A stretch of 64,000 bases of DNA. It comes from Antechinus flavipes. Its lineage: Eukaryota. The DNA lies in contig NC_067400.1 of assembly GCF_016432865.1 (NCBI RefSeq), positions 299,150,001 to 299,214,000 on the forward strand, written 5' to 3'. Position 1 is the stretch's first letter. Each line of letters begins with the position of its first letter. This document shows, in pieces, positions 23,935 to 35,090 of the stretch. The notes under the pieces are model-generated. The model had not been told where the DNA came from and did no database searches. It was given only the letters and a program-made list of their open reading frames with translations. The position numbers and the translations under genes are program-made.

Positions 23935-24390
23935 AATAGCTCATAGAATTTAAAGTGGGAAGAAATCTTAGAGATTATGTAGTCTTTGACTGTCTTATTT
24001 TATAGCTATAAAAGGTGAGGTGACTTGTCTAGATCATACAGAGAGTTGTTGACAGATAATTGAACCCAGGTCTTCAAATTGCAAAATCAGATTACTTTTA
24101 ATTACTTCAAATTATACAGTGCCATGTAGGATAAACTCTGTATTGCACAGTAGGTAGAACACTGGGCTTGGAGTTAGGAAGATTCACTCATGTTCATAAA
24201 TTCAAATTCAACCTCAGATATTTCCTAGTTGTGTGACTCTGGGTAAGTCACTTAGCCCTGTTTGTCTCAGTTTCCTCATCTGTCAAATGAGCTGGAAAAG
24301 GAAGTGACAAAAATACCATGCTATCTTTGCCAAGAAAACCTCAAATGTCATCACGAATAGTTGGACATCACTAAAAATGACAACAACGAT
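23935..24390. mobile_element. MIR3-like SINE (-, ~23935-24120) followed by MAR1 (+, ~24143-24388)
   Basis: Reverse gtgacttgtctagatcatac...gaacccagg; forward gtgtgactctgggtaagtcacttag...atctttgccaagaaaacc. Confidence 0.8.
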
Positions 24391-24719
24391 ATGTTGTCTC
24401 CTCGGGTTTTAGATTATTACAATTTTCCAGAAACTAAATATCTTATAATTTGCACAAATATAGCTATAACTTCCTAACAATATTTACAGTTGTCAAAACA
24501 CTATAGTGAGTACTTGGGGGTTTAAGAAGAAGTTTTATATAATGAAATAAATAAAATAATTCCTGCTTCTCTGTATCATTGTAGTATGGAGGGATCTGAT
24601 ATGTTGGAAGAGCTCATAGTATGGTCCCATGAACAGATTGTATCTTGTTTCTGAGAAGCATCCTTGCCTCTTTAAGGTATAGAGAGGCTCATTGTCAGTA
24701 TACTGGATACTTGATTATA

Positions 24720-25680
24720 AATTCTTTAGCCATGACAACCTATTAAAAATGTACCTTGGCAGCAACCTGTCAGCTTCTGTAGTGAAGTGACAGAATGCCC
24801 CTACCCATGCCATTAAAGAATCACATGATTTTTAGGCTCTCTATAAATATTAACTTAGCTAGTCGTACTCTAAATGACCAATTAGAGGATATTCTACTGA
24901 AGAACTGAATTACATCCATCTTAGATCCTTACCATAAATGACTCAAAAGGCAGAAGGAAGTTAAAACTAAATAGAAGGGTAGTTCGCTGGTTCTTTTTGG
25001 AAATAGAAGTTGGCAGAAAAAGTTTTATTATATGTCCAAAGGAAACAAGGAGATGTTCATAGGTGGTTTGGTCATTTTACATTGCAGAATCATGATAAAT
25101 ATTTGGAAAAAGGCCATCACAGAAATCATGAGAGCATATGTGACAACATCTGTTTTAGAAGATGAAGAGGTAGAGCAGGTTTACTGAAAGCAATTAGAAC
25201 CTCCAAATTAAATTAGTCTTATTCTTTGAAGCTCAGTGACTTGAATGCAAAGTCAGTGTAGATGAAGACAATAAAAAATGCTGAAACCACCAGTATCATG
25301 ACTTCTCTTCTTAAAAAAAAAAGAATCCAAAGGCATCAGGTATGATGAATACTGAATAAAAGAACAAAAAATGAAATTGCTTAATACTCCTATGGAGAGA
25401 GTTCATTAATCAACTTTATATGTACAGACCCAGAGATCAAATGAATGCATAAGAAAAAATAAAAACTTTAAAAAGGAGGACAATTAAATTGATTTCAATA
25501 TAACCTGTTAAAGCAAGTTGCTAATACTGAAAAATGGAAAATAGATGAATGAAAAGATATGAACACCAAATACATCTTCCAGAGATTTAACTATTAGTTA
25601 CCCCAATCCTTAACGCAACAGCAAATATTTGATTTATTTTTCAAGGTAGAAATGTGGCAGCCAAGGGTAACATTAATGTA
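24720..25680 (+). mobile_element. Decayed RTE-clade LINE, endonuclease region
   Basis: Remnant motifs EDEEVEQVY (gaagatgaagaggtagagcaggtttac), DLNAKV (gacttgaatgcaaagtc, cf. GDFNAKVG) and KNEI (cf. KNEIDYI) of an APE endonuclease; many stops and indels. Confidence 0.65.
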
Positions 25681-25729
25681 TAATAAATATTTATTTCTAA
25701 AATCATATAAAGATGCTCAATCAGCCAAG

Positions 25730-26330
25730 CATTTATCAAGCAGTGTACTAGATTTATCAATCTATATTAAACACAGAATGAGACAATCCTTGCTCTCAAG
25801 GAACTTAGAGGTACAGAATATTTGTAGTTAAGCAAATACAGGATAAATAATTTTTAAAAAAAATCACAAATGATCCTCAGAGGAGGAAGGCACCAATGAA
25901 TGAGTGAGTCAAGAAAGTTTCTCAAAAGAAAGTCCTTGAATAGAGCCTTCAAGGGAGATAAGAACTCTAAGATATAAAAGTGAGGAAGGCAAGGATCTAG
26001 ATATAGCAGATGATATAGCCTGTGCAAAGACAGAGTTGGAAGAACAGCTACGAGGCCATTTTGGCTAGAAAACAGAGCATGTGAGGGGGAGTAATGCGTA
26101 ATCAGCCTGGAAATTTAAGCTGATGCCATATTGTGAAGGACTTTAAATGCCAAAAAGACAAGTTTGTGTTTTATTCTAACTTATGATTAGTGGTATCTTT
26201 AAAAAGAAAAGGAGAAATGAAAGGGGGAAATTTTTTGAAAAAAAATATTTGAAGATCTCAGCAAGACCAAATCAATCAATCAGTAATATTAAATTTGTAC
26301 TATGTATCAAGTAATATGCTAAGCTCTGGC
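25730..26330 (-). mobile_element. L2 3' fragments interrupting the RTE
   Basis: aatcagccaagcatttatcaagc...atccttgctctcaaggaac... is the reverse L2 3' end. Confidence 0.7.
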
Positions 26331-26960
26331 ATCTAGGCAGAGTCGTGTAAGGATGAAACAAAAAGGAAGATGACAAGGAGATAAAGAATAGAGAAAATCT
26401 ATAGAAAATTTATACAGTGATTTCTCTGTGATCATGATGAACACTATATTTGGGCTCTAATAGTATAATACTTAAGATGCTTTAGTAGAAATAGTACTGA
26501 AGAAAAGATGAGAAAAGCCCATCTTCACAATGCCAGTTTTCTTCTAAGATGTTTTTTGTTGTAAGTTATGGAACAATGATATTGCCAGAGAATTGAAACT
26601 GGGCATCAGCTAATAGGTAGTGGAGAATCTATTGTGAAGGTGTATAGGCTGTAGCACATTACAAACAAGGAATTAAAAAGGGAAAACAGAGTGAAGGATC
26701 TATTGAAGAAACATAAAGCCAAAAAGGAGATAGTTGGCAATGTGGCAAGAGCAAAGGAGAAAGAATATGCTGAATTTGTATTCTCATAATGTTGGGAAAA
26801 CTCAAGGAAGGCCTCTAGCACATTGTATAATCCCTTTATGGTGAACACATGGGAGGATGTCAGTGAAAGTCTCATTGAAAGGAAGGGTTTCACTCTGCAT
26901 GATTAAAGGAAATATATGCATTAATGCTATTACAAATCCATTGGATTATATGAGCAAAGG
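26330..26960 (+). mobile_element. Decayed RTE-clade LINE, 3' region
   Basis: gccaaaaaggagatagttggcaatgtggcaagagc resembles the RTE C-terminal motif K.RWAGHVAR, followed by ggaaggcctctagcacattg (cf. GRPP.RW). Confidence 0.55.
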
Positions 26961-28817
26961 ATTTCTTCCTGTAAAGAAGCTTACAATCCAGTTGGGGAGA
27001 CAAAAAAAAAATGTATGCATAAAAAAATTAACTTTGTCAAATGAATGGTAAATAATTAGTCATATTACATATTCATATATAATATCTCCACATTTGTAAT
27101 TGACTCATTATAAACAATAAGAACAAGATCCTTTTAAGCCTTTGATGGAATGAAAGTGTTATAATTCAATAATACTAGAATTCAGAAGGTTAGATTTAGG
27201 TGTACCAGAGTGGGTATAGGGAAGACTTCAAAAAAAAAAAAAAAAAGCAATACCTTAAATAGAATTTGAAGGACAGTTAGAATTCACATATGGAAAGGAA
27301 AGGGAAAATAGCAGGAGTTAGAGGTCTGATTTTTCCTTGATTATGTTACTTAAATTCGTTATCAACATCACATGATTTGTAACTTACCTTAGAGAAATCA
27401 AACTTTGGAATATTTAATTACCATCATTTGGCATCTTTCTTTGAAAATGGTTCTGTCACTGCTCTTTGTGAGGGGTTTAACATTATTTTATGGGATATTA
27501 CTCACTAAATGAACATTGATTAAGATTCATTGTCTTCATGGTTCTGATAAACATAACTTTGGTTAATCACTATGCAAAGTTAAGGGAAAAATAAGCAAAT
27601 GAAAAAAACCTGTGGCTCATGACATTTGGGATACTTGTAGGAATCTAACATAGGAAAGCAGCTTCCCCCATAGAGAGGATAAATATATAAGCATGAGTTT
27701 GTATCTTTCCCCTTTTCTTGTCCTTTTTCTCTTTTCCCTCTCCTGCTTAATCCTGAATTCAGTGCAAATGAGGCATGTTCAGATTTAGAAACTATCAAGC
27801 TTTTCCAACAATGGCCTTTTCTACAATTTATCATCTTTTCCCTTTTTTCTTATTTTTCCTTCATTGTGGGGTACCTTAATATGTGTTCATGTATTATCCA
27901 CTTTCTCCTTGGACACATCAAAGAGAGTGGAGAACATTAAATTAGAAATAAGTAAAAGCCATCTTGGTTTCCCTTTCCCATTAGATTTTTTTTTTTTTTA
28001 ACAGATAGTGGAACAGATGTAGCAGGTTGCACTTAAAACATGCACACTTTATTAGACAGATTAAGCCAGAAGTTTGGTTCTTATACTTTTTGTAGTTTGT
28101 ATGTTTAAATCCATAATTCTTAAACTGGTTCAGTGAGCTTAACCAGAGTTCAGGAAACCTGAAAATTTGTCATATATCCTAGGTATCCATTTTATCCAGT
28201 ACATCAAAGGAAACTAGTAAAAATGTAGTAAAGTAAATGTGAATTGTTATATGTCTTAGATGATTTCAGCCTTTGGATAGCAACTGCAGTACTTTGGATG
28301 AAAATGTGATGAGTTTGAAAGGTTAAATCAATAATAACATATGTACTCCTTTACATAACCCGATTCAGTTGTAGCCCAGACTCAGAATCAGCTTAGTTCA
28401 GTTTCTACATTGCTTGACTTAGAAGTCAAGAGCCCAAGTCTGACTCCATTTCCTCTGGCCACTTGTCACTTTTGGTGAGACTTTGAATTGACTGATACCT
28501 GGATGGATAGTACCCCATCTTTAAAAAGAGGAGAATAAATTGGGGTACAATTCCCTCTCATGGAGAATCAAGGTAAAGTCAGATGAGGTGAGGAAATGAA
28601 AACTTAAAATTCTTTGAAAGTGAGACAATTTAAAATGACAACAGTTTTAACTAAGCAATATAATTGACGCCAAAATATCAGCAGCTGTTCAGCAAGATAC
28701 TGAAAAGCCTTTGTTATTTGTTCCATTCTTCAAGAACTGTCTCTGAATTATAGGATCTCAGAGCTGGACGGATTCTAAAAGATGATTCATTTCTTTTTTC
28801 TTCTTCTCCTTTTACAG

Positions 28818-28905
28818 AAGTCAGCGGGCAGCTCCTCTTGCCCATGATGGACAGCCGAAAGAAATGCCACAGGCTCCCGTACTTATTTCCTGCGCTGACC
28901 AGTGA
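28818..28905 (+). CDS. BBX: BBX terminal coding exon: (R)SQRAAPLAHDGQPKEMPQAPVLISCADQ*
   Basis: Long pyrimidine tract plus tttacag|; phase 2 matches the upstream AG|; ends in TGA at 28903-28905; matches the recalled BBX C-terminus HDGQPKEMPQAPVLISCADQ. Confidence 0.97.
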
Positions 28906-29288
28906 AGCTCCCCTTTATTGTAAAACATTGTGCTTTACCTAATATCCTAGCCTTGTCTTTACCAAGGGAAGCTAGTCAGTCCATAGGATGGAAAATATAG
29001 ATTGCAAACACGTGATTGGTGCCCTGCACGGCCCAGATTTCACTTGAAGCCAGAAGTTAGCAACTTGGGCCAGGTCGTCCTATTGGAACCCAGAATCTTT
29101 GAGGGGGATGTTATTTGTCTGATAATGAACAGAATGAGAATGATCCTGGAGCTTTGCTTTCTATTGAAGGCTTTTAATGGTAAATTGGTGGTTGCTTGGA
29201 AGTGGCTGCCTTTACTGTAGCTCATCCAGTGTCTCTTTTACCAACCAGAGAGTGTGAAACTAGTTTCGTATAATATCTAGTTATTCTT

Positions 29289-29354
29289 TAAAAAACAAAC
29301 AAAAAAAAACAAAAAAACAACAACAACAAAAAAACAACAACAAAAAAAAACAAA
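29289..29354. repeat. A-rich (CAA/CAAAA)n tract in the BBX 3'UTR
   Basis: Read directly. Confidence 0.9.
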
Positions 29355-31717
29355 CTGACGCACTGCACTAGTTATTATTAGATATTCCTAGTCATTTTTG
29401 TACATGAAGATTTAAGTTCTAAGATGGTTTATATAATAGGTTATGCCTACATTTATATTGTAGATTAAATTAAAAAACCTGTTCCAGAGAACCCCAAACA
29501 GCATGGGCAGACGTACCATTGTTAGCGGTGTATGCTCAGCCTCGTGGTCCATATATTCTGCACTTTTATATTTGCCACCAGAGTGGTAGTTTGTTGGCAA
29601 AAAAAGAAAAAAGTCTGACTCTATTTATAGGCTGAGTCTTTTCTTAGGCTTGAATGGTTAAGGAGAATTTGCATAGGGTAAGTTGTGGTATGTTTTCACC
29701 TAGTTGGAGGAAGAGTCCTGCAGATTATTGATGGTATCATGCCTTGAGGATTCTTTTTATTTTTTACATAGGGGTCTGAGAGACCAGTGGAACATTGATA
29801 CAAACAAACAAAAACGAAACAAACTAAAAAAAAAAGGACAGAAAAATTGTTCAGAAGTGACCTTAGAATTACTTCACTATTCTGAAAACATTGAAGACAT
29901 TGAATTCATGTGGACTCTGAGACACATACCTTTTATATCTCTCACAGACACACTGGACTGGGTTGCGATTGCTATGCACAGCCTAAATTGGCAATGCAGG
30001 TTTTTTTTTTTAGAGCCATTTAGAGTTTGTGTTGGTTAAGAGGTATGTGAGTAAATGATAATGAGAAGTATGCTTGACTCGAGTGGGGCTATCAAATCTA
30101 GATCTACCTGCCAGTTTCCATTTCTTTTTGTGTTTTGTTGCTTTTGAGCATTAAACCATAGATAGGCCAGTGCCAAGTGGATCAGCTGGCTTAGAACATT
30201 CAACATATTGACTTAACCACCTGACTTTCCCAGTGACTTGTTTCCTAGCAACAGCTACAAAGTGATAAATCAAAATTAGTCTGAGGCTACAAATTCTACA
30301 GGGTATTTGTTCCATAGCACAAAGTATTTCCCTATTCTTGCATCACAGCACAAAAAAAAAAAAAAAAGAAAGAAAAATGCCAAATTTTAATTACTGGACT
30401 CCAGCAATAATTTTTTTATTGGTCTTCATACTGGCTGAATTTTGATAGTGTTAGGTTGAGTTTGAAGCTCTTGAATTAGGTCTCAAAATGATGAGAGTTT
30501 ACATGGTTTTATCAGGCCTTCTTATTTATACTTGACTGAATTGATAATGATTTTTTTGTAATTGTAATTTGATGTAATAGCCATACAAAAAAAATAAGTA
30601 ACTCTTAATACAGACTAGGTTTAGCCTTTCATGGTTGTAGATATGACTTCAGTTTCGGTGCTGGAAAATATGTACAACATACTACACAGGAATGGAAAAG
30701 TAACTTGTATAGAGAGCAATGAAGATGAAAGGCATTTGGAATGATGTCCTCAAAATACATATTCTTTGTGCATTTGGAGGAAGAAGGAATAGAAAAAAGG
30801 TTAATCCAAGGTGACAGCTTAACCCCAATCAGGTAACACTAAACCTAGTAAAGAGTCCCAACAAATACAATGTACCTTAGGTTTTTACTATGAACCTGTT
30901 TTATTAATGTTTTCTAAATTTTAAAAAGTGAATGTTTGAAAATTGCTGGGTCCCAGTGTGGTGGCTGTTGGAGTTTTTGGACCACTTGCTAGCAGTGATT
31001 TAGAAATTAAGATTAGCTAAAAACCCAAAAATCGTACGGTGCGGACCATGCACCTTGACAATGGTACTAACTTGTTATTCTATAGAACACTTTAGAATAG
31101 GTCTATTTTTGCCAGAGCCTCTTCCAATCTTCCTCCAATTACATTTCACTAGTGTTCCTTAAGAGATTGCTGTATATTAATGGGACCTTTTTTTAAAAAA
31201 ACAAAACAAAACAAAACAAAAAAAGAAACAAAAGGATTACTTTTTTCTATGTGAATTAATATCTTACTTGATCTGCTTTTTCCTAAACCTCAGTGGCTTT
31301 TCCCTTAGGTGGGGCAGGGTGGGTGGGGAGAACTTACTGGATATGACTGTTTTCAGAGACTTATAAAAACTTTTTTGTAGAAATGCTTAATTTTTAAGCA
31401 GTTAGGCACTGAGAGCAGCAGAAATCCTGCAAAGCTTTATAGTTCTCTAGACCCTTACCTTGTTGTTTCTCTGAGTGAAGTCTTGATTTCAATAGCTAGA
31501 ACTGCTCATGCCCTGAATCTGCTACAGAGGGGTGTTGATATTTTTCAGGTAACACAGTTTGTTAGCACAAATATTTCAGACCAACGTTTAATATTATCTT
31601 TTCTTCCAGTTATTTTAATAGCATTCTTTTTTGTTTTGTAAAGTCATATTGCTATGGTGTGTACTTTAGTATGCCAGCAAACACTGTCCCACAAGCCTCC
31701 TTGAGAAAAAAAAAATG

Positions 31718-31859
31718 NNNNNNNNNNNNNNNNNNNNNNNNNNNNNNNNNNNNNNNNNNNNNNNNNNNNNNNNNNNNNNNNNNNNNNNNNNNNNNNNNNN
31801 NNNNNNNNNNNNNNNNNNNNNNNNNNNNNNNNNNNNNNNNNNNNNNNNNNNNNNNNNNN
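31718..31859. other. Assembly gap (N run)
   Basis: N characters. Confidence 1.
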
Positions 31860-34435
31860 TCTGGATTCAAACCTGTATATAAATCTTTTGAAAAAAATTG
31901 TCCTAGCCCTTCTCTGTGATGCTGGATATGGGGGATTTCGTCTCAAAGGGAGACACAGTACTGTTCCAGTTTTCTTTGGCTTTTATTTATTTAGTTATTC
32001 TGGGTATTTCCAATGTAATTTTGAGGTATGTAAAGTGTATTATAGTAGCTGAAGCTACAACCTATGAGAAGCTGCGTGAAAAATTACTGTAAGTCATCTT
32101 TTAAGTTTTAATTGTTTGAGTACTGTATATGAGGTTGAGAAAAAGTAAAACATGTTCCATAGAAACATTTTGAGATACAGGTTCTGATCCCCGACTAAGG
32201 TTATTTTTCAGATTTGAGACCAAAACTGTTAATTCATTAAAAACCTTCTTAAGGTTAAATCATGCTGTTGTAATCCTGTGACAGTCTTTATTCTCATGAA
32301 TGTGCTATAACTTCAGAAATGGAGTATCTTTATTTAATAAGACTGGATGAGTTTTTCAATTAATTCAATGTTCCAAAAGCCGTGCTGAAAAATTTGATTA
32401 GGTATAAAGTCCCAAATCATCAATTCATAGTTTCAATTCATACTTTCAAAATTAATGGGAAATGCCATATTTCTTTAAAAAAAAAAAAGGAAGTATATGA
32501 ACCGATTTGATATCAAGAAACAAACTTTTTGGATCACCTGTTTTTTTTCCTTGTTCAGGAAAACAGTACCCTCCTTGACTAGGGTAAACTTACTTTTGCA
32601 CTCTGCAGTCTTTGGCCCATCGTATTATAATTTTGTATCCGTGAAAAATGTCAAGAAAGTTAAAAAACTGCACCAGAAACCATCGCAAGCAGGAAACTGA
32701 AAGTTTGTTTATGAGGAAAAGAGTAGGATGGAAGTGCATCTATTACAAGTTTGGTATTAATGTGAAACACTTGCTTGCCAATTCAACTACTGTATGTATC
32801 TTAAATATGCGAAATTATGGAATATGTGGGCCTGAGGCGAGCCTACATTCTAAGAAAGACGACTACCATTTTATGGGGGGGGAATGAGGAAGAAGATATA
32901 AAATCTATTTTCCCCCCTTGCAAAGGGAAGACAGGGTTTATATGGCACCAATGGGTTAATATTTGATTACACTCTACGGAGTGGTCACTGATCAGGCCAA
33001 TGTTGATAGGCTACCTCTGCTTTAAAGGATAGCTTCATGACTTCCTATCTGTTTCAAAAACTGCACCATCTGATGCTTTTTGCCCTCAGTGCCACATTCA
33101 CACCTGCAGTGTTTAAAATTCCAGGAACCATCTCACACAGAGAGGACAGTGTATTGCTAAAAATGGGCAGTGGTAGCCTTGTAGTTATTGCTGTTTCATT
33201 TGACCTATGAAGTATTCTTGTTGGCTGCTTGATGGAATCTAAAATCGAGCTGTTAATTTGCTCTGAGAAAGATTGCCTGGCACCCTTTGAAAACCAGTGT
33301 TCTTCAGGGGTTGCTTTTTCTTGATACGAACATTCCCAAAGAATCATTTTGTTTATTTGTTTTGGTTTGGGCTTTAGATATTTTTAATATCCTGAGTTAG
33401 ACTGACTAACACTGTACTTCATTGAAAAGAAGCAGTTAGTTCATCTGTTTTCAGATGTGTGCAGTAGATTATTGAATGGACTGCTTTGCTTTAGTCTTAA
33501 AGTCACTGTTAATGTTGTCACACTGTATATCAAGTCATCTTGCTTGCCCTTTGCATGGGAGACATTATTTTCTACATTTCGAGACATTTCAGGACAAAGA
33601 AGCTGCAAGCAGATGAATCAAATTCAGTTGCAAGAGAGAAGTAATTTTTGTTTTTCTCTCTCATACTTTTTATCATTTCTGCCCACTTTTCTCCTTACAA
33701 ATCCAAATGAGGATTGCTCTTTTGGCCAAATAGTGTCTGGTATTATAGAAGCTGTAATGATTTCAGAAAGGTAAATTCTACACTTCAAAATATTTTGTAT
33801 TCTTATTTTTTTTCCAGCCAGTGGTCAGAGTTTATTTTATTCCAAATTGGTTTATCTAACAGTACTAATGGGCATATGAACATTGTTAAGTTCTTCCAAA
33901 GACTTCTTGGTCCAAAGTATGTTACTTGGTACCAAGTACCTAAGTCATTACCTTTTCCCTTTGAAATGCAAATCTTACCTCATAATCTCTAAACTAAATT
34001 ACTTAATACATTTTGAGAAATAACACACTAATCCCACCTTGTGGCCCACAAGAGGGTGACAAACATTTTCTCCCCATTGACACACTCATGTTAGTTTGTG
34101 CTGGACACTGGCTCTGGAAGTTAAAGAACTGTGGATATTGTGGTGTTGGCCAGAGAGCTCAATGAAGTTTCACATTTCAGTAGTATTTTACAAGTCTTTT
34201 ACTCTCCGAAAGTTAAATGTAGGAGACAGCAACAATAACAACCTGAGATTCTACACACCTGATTCTGAGTGTTGATTATAGGTTTGAATCTATTAGACAT
34301 CACAAATTAGACACAGCTTCATCTGACCACCAGGTCTTAAGTCTGTTGACAGTTTCAGCATGACAGAATTGCTTTTTTTTTTTCTTTCAGAAATTGGCTT
34401 GGTTCTCTTTAGATTTGATGTAAACATACCATGTA

Positions 34436-34573
34436 NNNNNNNNNNNNNNNNNNNNNNNNNNNNNNNNNNNNNNNNNNNNNNNNNNNNNNNNNNNNNNNNN
34501 NNNNNNNNNNNNNNNNNNNNNNNNNNNNNNNNNNNNNNNNNNNNNNNNNNNNNNNNNNNNNNNNNNNNNNNNN
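34436..34573. other. Assembly gap (N run)
   Basis: N characters. Confidence 1.
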
Positions 34574-34623
34574 AAGTCATGTGTATAACATGCTAAACTA
34601 CTTTAACTGTGATCTTGAAACTG

Positions 34624-34642
34624 AATAAAGATATTTAATAAA
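34624..34642 (+). terminator. Tandem polyadenylation signals (AATAAA at 34624-34629 and 34637-34642; a further one at 34767-34772)
   Basis: First canonical hexamers after the BBX stop codon, followed by U-rich sequence. Confidence 0.7.
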
Positions 34643-34949
34643 AATTTTAAATATTTTAAAGAAAACAATTCAAATAGATTTCTTTATACTTATATTATCA
34701 GCTATAGAGAATTGCTTTGAAAAAATATCTTTTCAAAATAGGCAAAAAAAAAAAAAGCCTTCATGAAATAAAATACCCACGTTCTATTTAAAAAAAAAAA
34801 ACAAATGGCATTTCCATTGTTTAATACATTTTTCCCAGCTTTATTGTGTTAATTGTTCTGAATATTTCTCCATATTTTTTTTAAAAGAAATACCTCTTCT
34901 CTGACTTATTGTTTAGAAGTTAATCGAAGGAAGCATTTTTTTTTTCCCC

Positions 34950-35090
34950 TGAGGATATTGACTTGGGAGTCAGAGGGCCTTGGTTCAAATCTCACTTCTG
35001 ACTCCATTAATTGTATGAGCTTGGGGAAAAGGTTGGATTATAATAATCTTTGCGAAATCTCCAAGCTCAAGATCTAGATACCTCTGAGAC
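34950..35090 (+). mobile_element. MIR3-like SINE
   Basis: gacttgggagtcagagggccttggttcaaatctcacttctg... Confidence 0.7.

Larger units (their letters stand above)
28906..34660 (+). other. BBX: BBX long 3'UTR (~5.7 kb)
   Basis: Follows the stop codon. I saw no SINE/LINE in it and no AATAAA in the sequenced bases until 34624; repeats resume at ~34950. The end point is inferred. Confidence 0.75.

Noticed and set aside
28903-28923. Stop-codon readthrough or selenocysteine at the BBX TGA
   Set aside because: Context is TGA-AGC rather than TGA-CTAG, a TAA follows within six codons, and I saw no SECIS-like element.
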